Shown in pieces: positions 22,006-23,205 of a DNA stretch of 23,205 nucleotides; within the stretch, counting starts at the first letter, position 1; each line of letters starts with the position of its first letter. This stretch comes from Catajapyx aquilonaris (Eukaryota). The notes under the pieces are model-generated. The model saw only the letters and a list, made by a program, of their open reading frames with translations, ran no database searches and was not told the DNA's origin. Made by a program: the position numbers and the translations under genes. Where the stretch lies: assembly GCA_000934665.2 (NCBI GenBank), contig KZ538303.1:62001-85205 (forward strand). The letters are read 5' to 3'.

Positions 22006-22265
22006 TTTTTTATACACGTGAATTTTTATAGCACGGATATTTTCATACCATGTGAATTTTTATACCACAATTTTTTTTAACCCTGTAATGCCCCTTGGGT
22101 CATATCTGGCACACCATTTAGTGCAATTTTTATATTTCCTGTAAGTGCCAAATGTCACTAAATGGTGTGCCAGATATGACCCAAGGGGCATTACAGGGAT
22201 ATATCACATGAAAAGAAATCATAACAGGGTTTTTTTTTTGTTTTTGGCACACGAATATTTTTTAA
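22006..22265 (+). repeat. Degenerate ~17-bp minisatellite (TTTTTATACCACGTGAA-like), interrupted by a MITE
   Basis: Units TTTTTTATACACGTGAA / TTTTTATAGCACGGATA / TTTTCATACCATGTGAA / TTTTTATACCACAA lie before 22081. Looser units ATATATCACATGAA and TTTTTGGCACACGAATA lie after 22198. Confidence 0.55.
22081..22198. mobile_element. 118-bp piggyBac-type MITE / fold-back element with perfect 43-bp TIRs
   Basis: CCCTGTAATGCCCCTTGGGTCATATCTGGCACACCATTTAGTG (22081-22123) is the exact reverse complement of 22156-22198, with a 32-bp spacer. The termini are CCCT...AGGG with TTAA on the left (22077-22080). The right flank is ATAT rather than TTAA. Confidence 0.88.
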
Positions 22266-22422
22266 GAATATACTGAAACACACATTATCACATTCTTTTA
22301 CTTAGCACACTAATAAGGCTAAAAAATGTTACCTAAATAAAATATTTTATGGTGATTGTTGAATTTTGTGGCGCCCTTTCTTTACAATAAGTACATGCTG
22401 GAGAGAGCGTCAGAATCGAAGT

Positions 22423-22486
22423 AGCGCAGTGGTCTAGTGGTTAAGACTCTCTCTTCGTAACCTGAAGGTCGAAGGATCGAATCCTG
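22423..22486 (+). mobile_element. tRNA-derived SINE-like head / tRNA pseudogene 1
   Basis: A box TGGTCTAGTGG (22430-22440) and B-box-like GGATCGAATCC (22474-22484) at tRNA spacing. There is no 3' acceptor strand; an A run follows. Confidence 0.7.
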
Positions 22487-22622
22487 AAAAAAAGCCGTTG
22501 TTTCTTTTTATCGCTATGGACATTTCCCGCTGTTACTTCATCTCTCATTTCACATTTATTTCTCTTTGAAGTGCATCCGGTAAATAGGCTAGACCCTTCC
22601 AACACTCGTACTCTCGTTGCAC

Positions 22623-22800
22623 CAGAGCGTGGCTCTGTGGTAACGCATCAGACTCTCAATCGGGAGATGTGGGTTCAAATCCCGTGTCTCCTTGGTTGAG
22701 AGTCAGGAAAAAAAAATTTGCAGCCGACATCTCTGGCCAAGATGGCGACTGTTCCTTCGCAGTTTCCCCAACACTTCTTCAGAGGTGACGGAGGAGCAGC
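22623..22800 (+). mobile_element. tRNA-derived SINE-like element 2 (head ~22623-22692; body extent uncertain)
   Basis: A box TGGCTCTGTGG (22630-22640), anticodon-loop-like CTCTCAA, and B box GGTTCAAATCC (22672-22682) inside a GGG/CCC T-stem. The acceptor stem pairs poorly. Confidence 0.68.
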
Positions 22801-22881
22801 GAAGAGGGGGGGGAGGGGTGGAGAGGGGGAGGAAAGGGGGGAGGAGAGANGTGGAGAGGGGGAGGAAAGGGGGGGAGGGGA
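22801..22881 (+). repeat. G-rich polypurine tract (G-quadruplex/H-DNA prone) with a duplicated unit around an N
   Basis: Many runs of 4 or more G. GTGGAGAGGGGGAGGAAAGGGGGG occurs at 22818 and again at 22851, directly after N22850. Confidence 0.85.
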
Positions 22882-23205
22882 AATTTTTTTTTGGAAATTT
22901 TTAAAACACCTGCTTAATGGGAGAGGGGCGGTCACTTTTTTCGAAGAAAAAAGTCTTAAATTTAATCATTCAAAAATTGAAGAATTCCGGTTTGTGTGGG
23001 CCATCCCCAGCCCCCACCCTACCGCTGCCCAAGTGGGTGCATTTACCTTATACCTGGGAGTGCCATTCTCAAACCTATCAACCCCCCAAATATTTAACTC
23101 TACAATTTAAACTATAGGTCCTATAAAATCACAAGGACATCCAAATTAATCAGCACACTTTTTAGAGCATTTCCAATGGTTTGTTGCGGCCTGACCTTTG
23201 ACCTG

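Noticed and set aside
22423..22695. Functional tRNA genes
   Set aside because: A/B boxes are present, but acceptor and anticodon stems do not pair properly. Treated as SINE heads or pseudogenes.
22818..22877. Biological tandem duplication in the G-tract
   Set aside because: The second copy begins immediately after N22850, so a contig-join artefact is at least as likely.
22675..23117. ORFs 22675-22935, 22692-22904 and 22718-23110
   Set aside because: Low-complexity translations of the G-rich tract, spanning an N.
1..23205. CRISPR array, operon, or prokaryotic/phage defence system
   Set aside because: No regularly spaced repeat-spacer structure, very low coding density, and a spliceosomal exon of an animal GPCR. 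The DNA is metazoan.

Overview
This is eukaryotic genomic DNA, almost certainly from an arthropod or other protostome. It is mostly non-coding, with a scaffold gap at 721-735 and single Ns at 17117 and 22850. The one well-supported gene segment is the last coding exon (6906-7234, +) of a beta-adrenergic-like octopamine receptor, most similar to the Octbeta3R subtype. It encodes the end of ICL3, TM6, TM7, helix 8 and the C-terminus. Everything upstream appears to be intron. Downstream lie the 3'UTR and intergenic DNA. The rest holds small transposon relics: two copies of a non-autonomous Helitron that share a conserved CCAAT/CCAAT/NRF1-like/CTCF-like motif module, three TIR elements (MITEs, one with perfect 43-bp piggyBac-type ends), a mariner 3' end with a decayed transposase C-terminus, and two tRNA-derived (SINE-like) heads. 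I found no CRISPR array, operon or other evidence for a clearly new multi-gene system. The best leads are the Helitron-borne regulatory module, an unusual His at GPCR position 6.35, a long stop-free antisense frame in the intron, and possible alternative 3' exons. Family assignments come from recalled motifs, not database searches.
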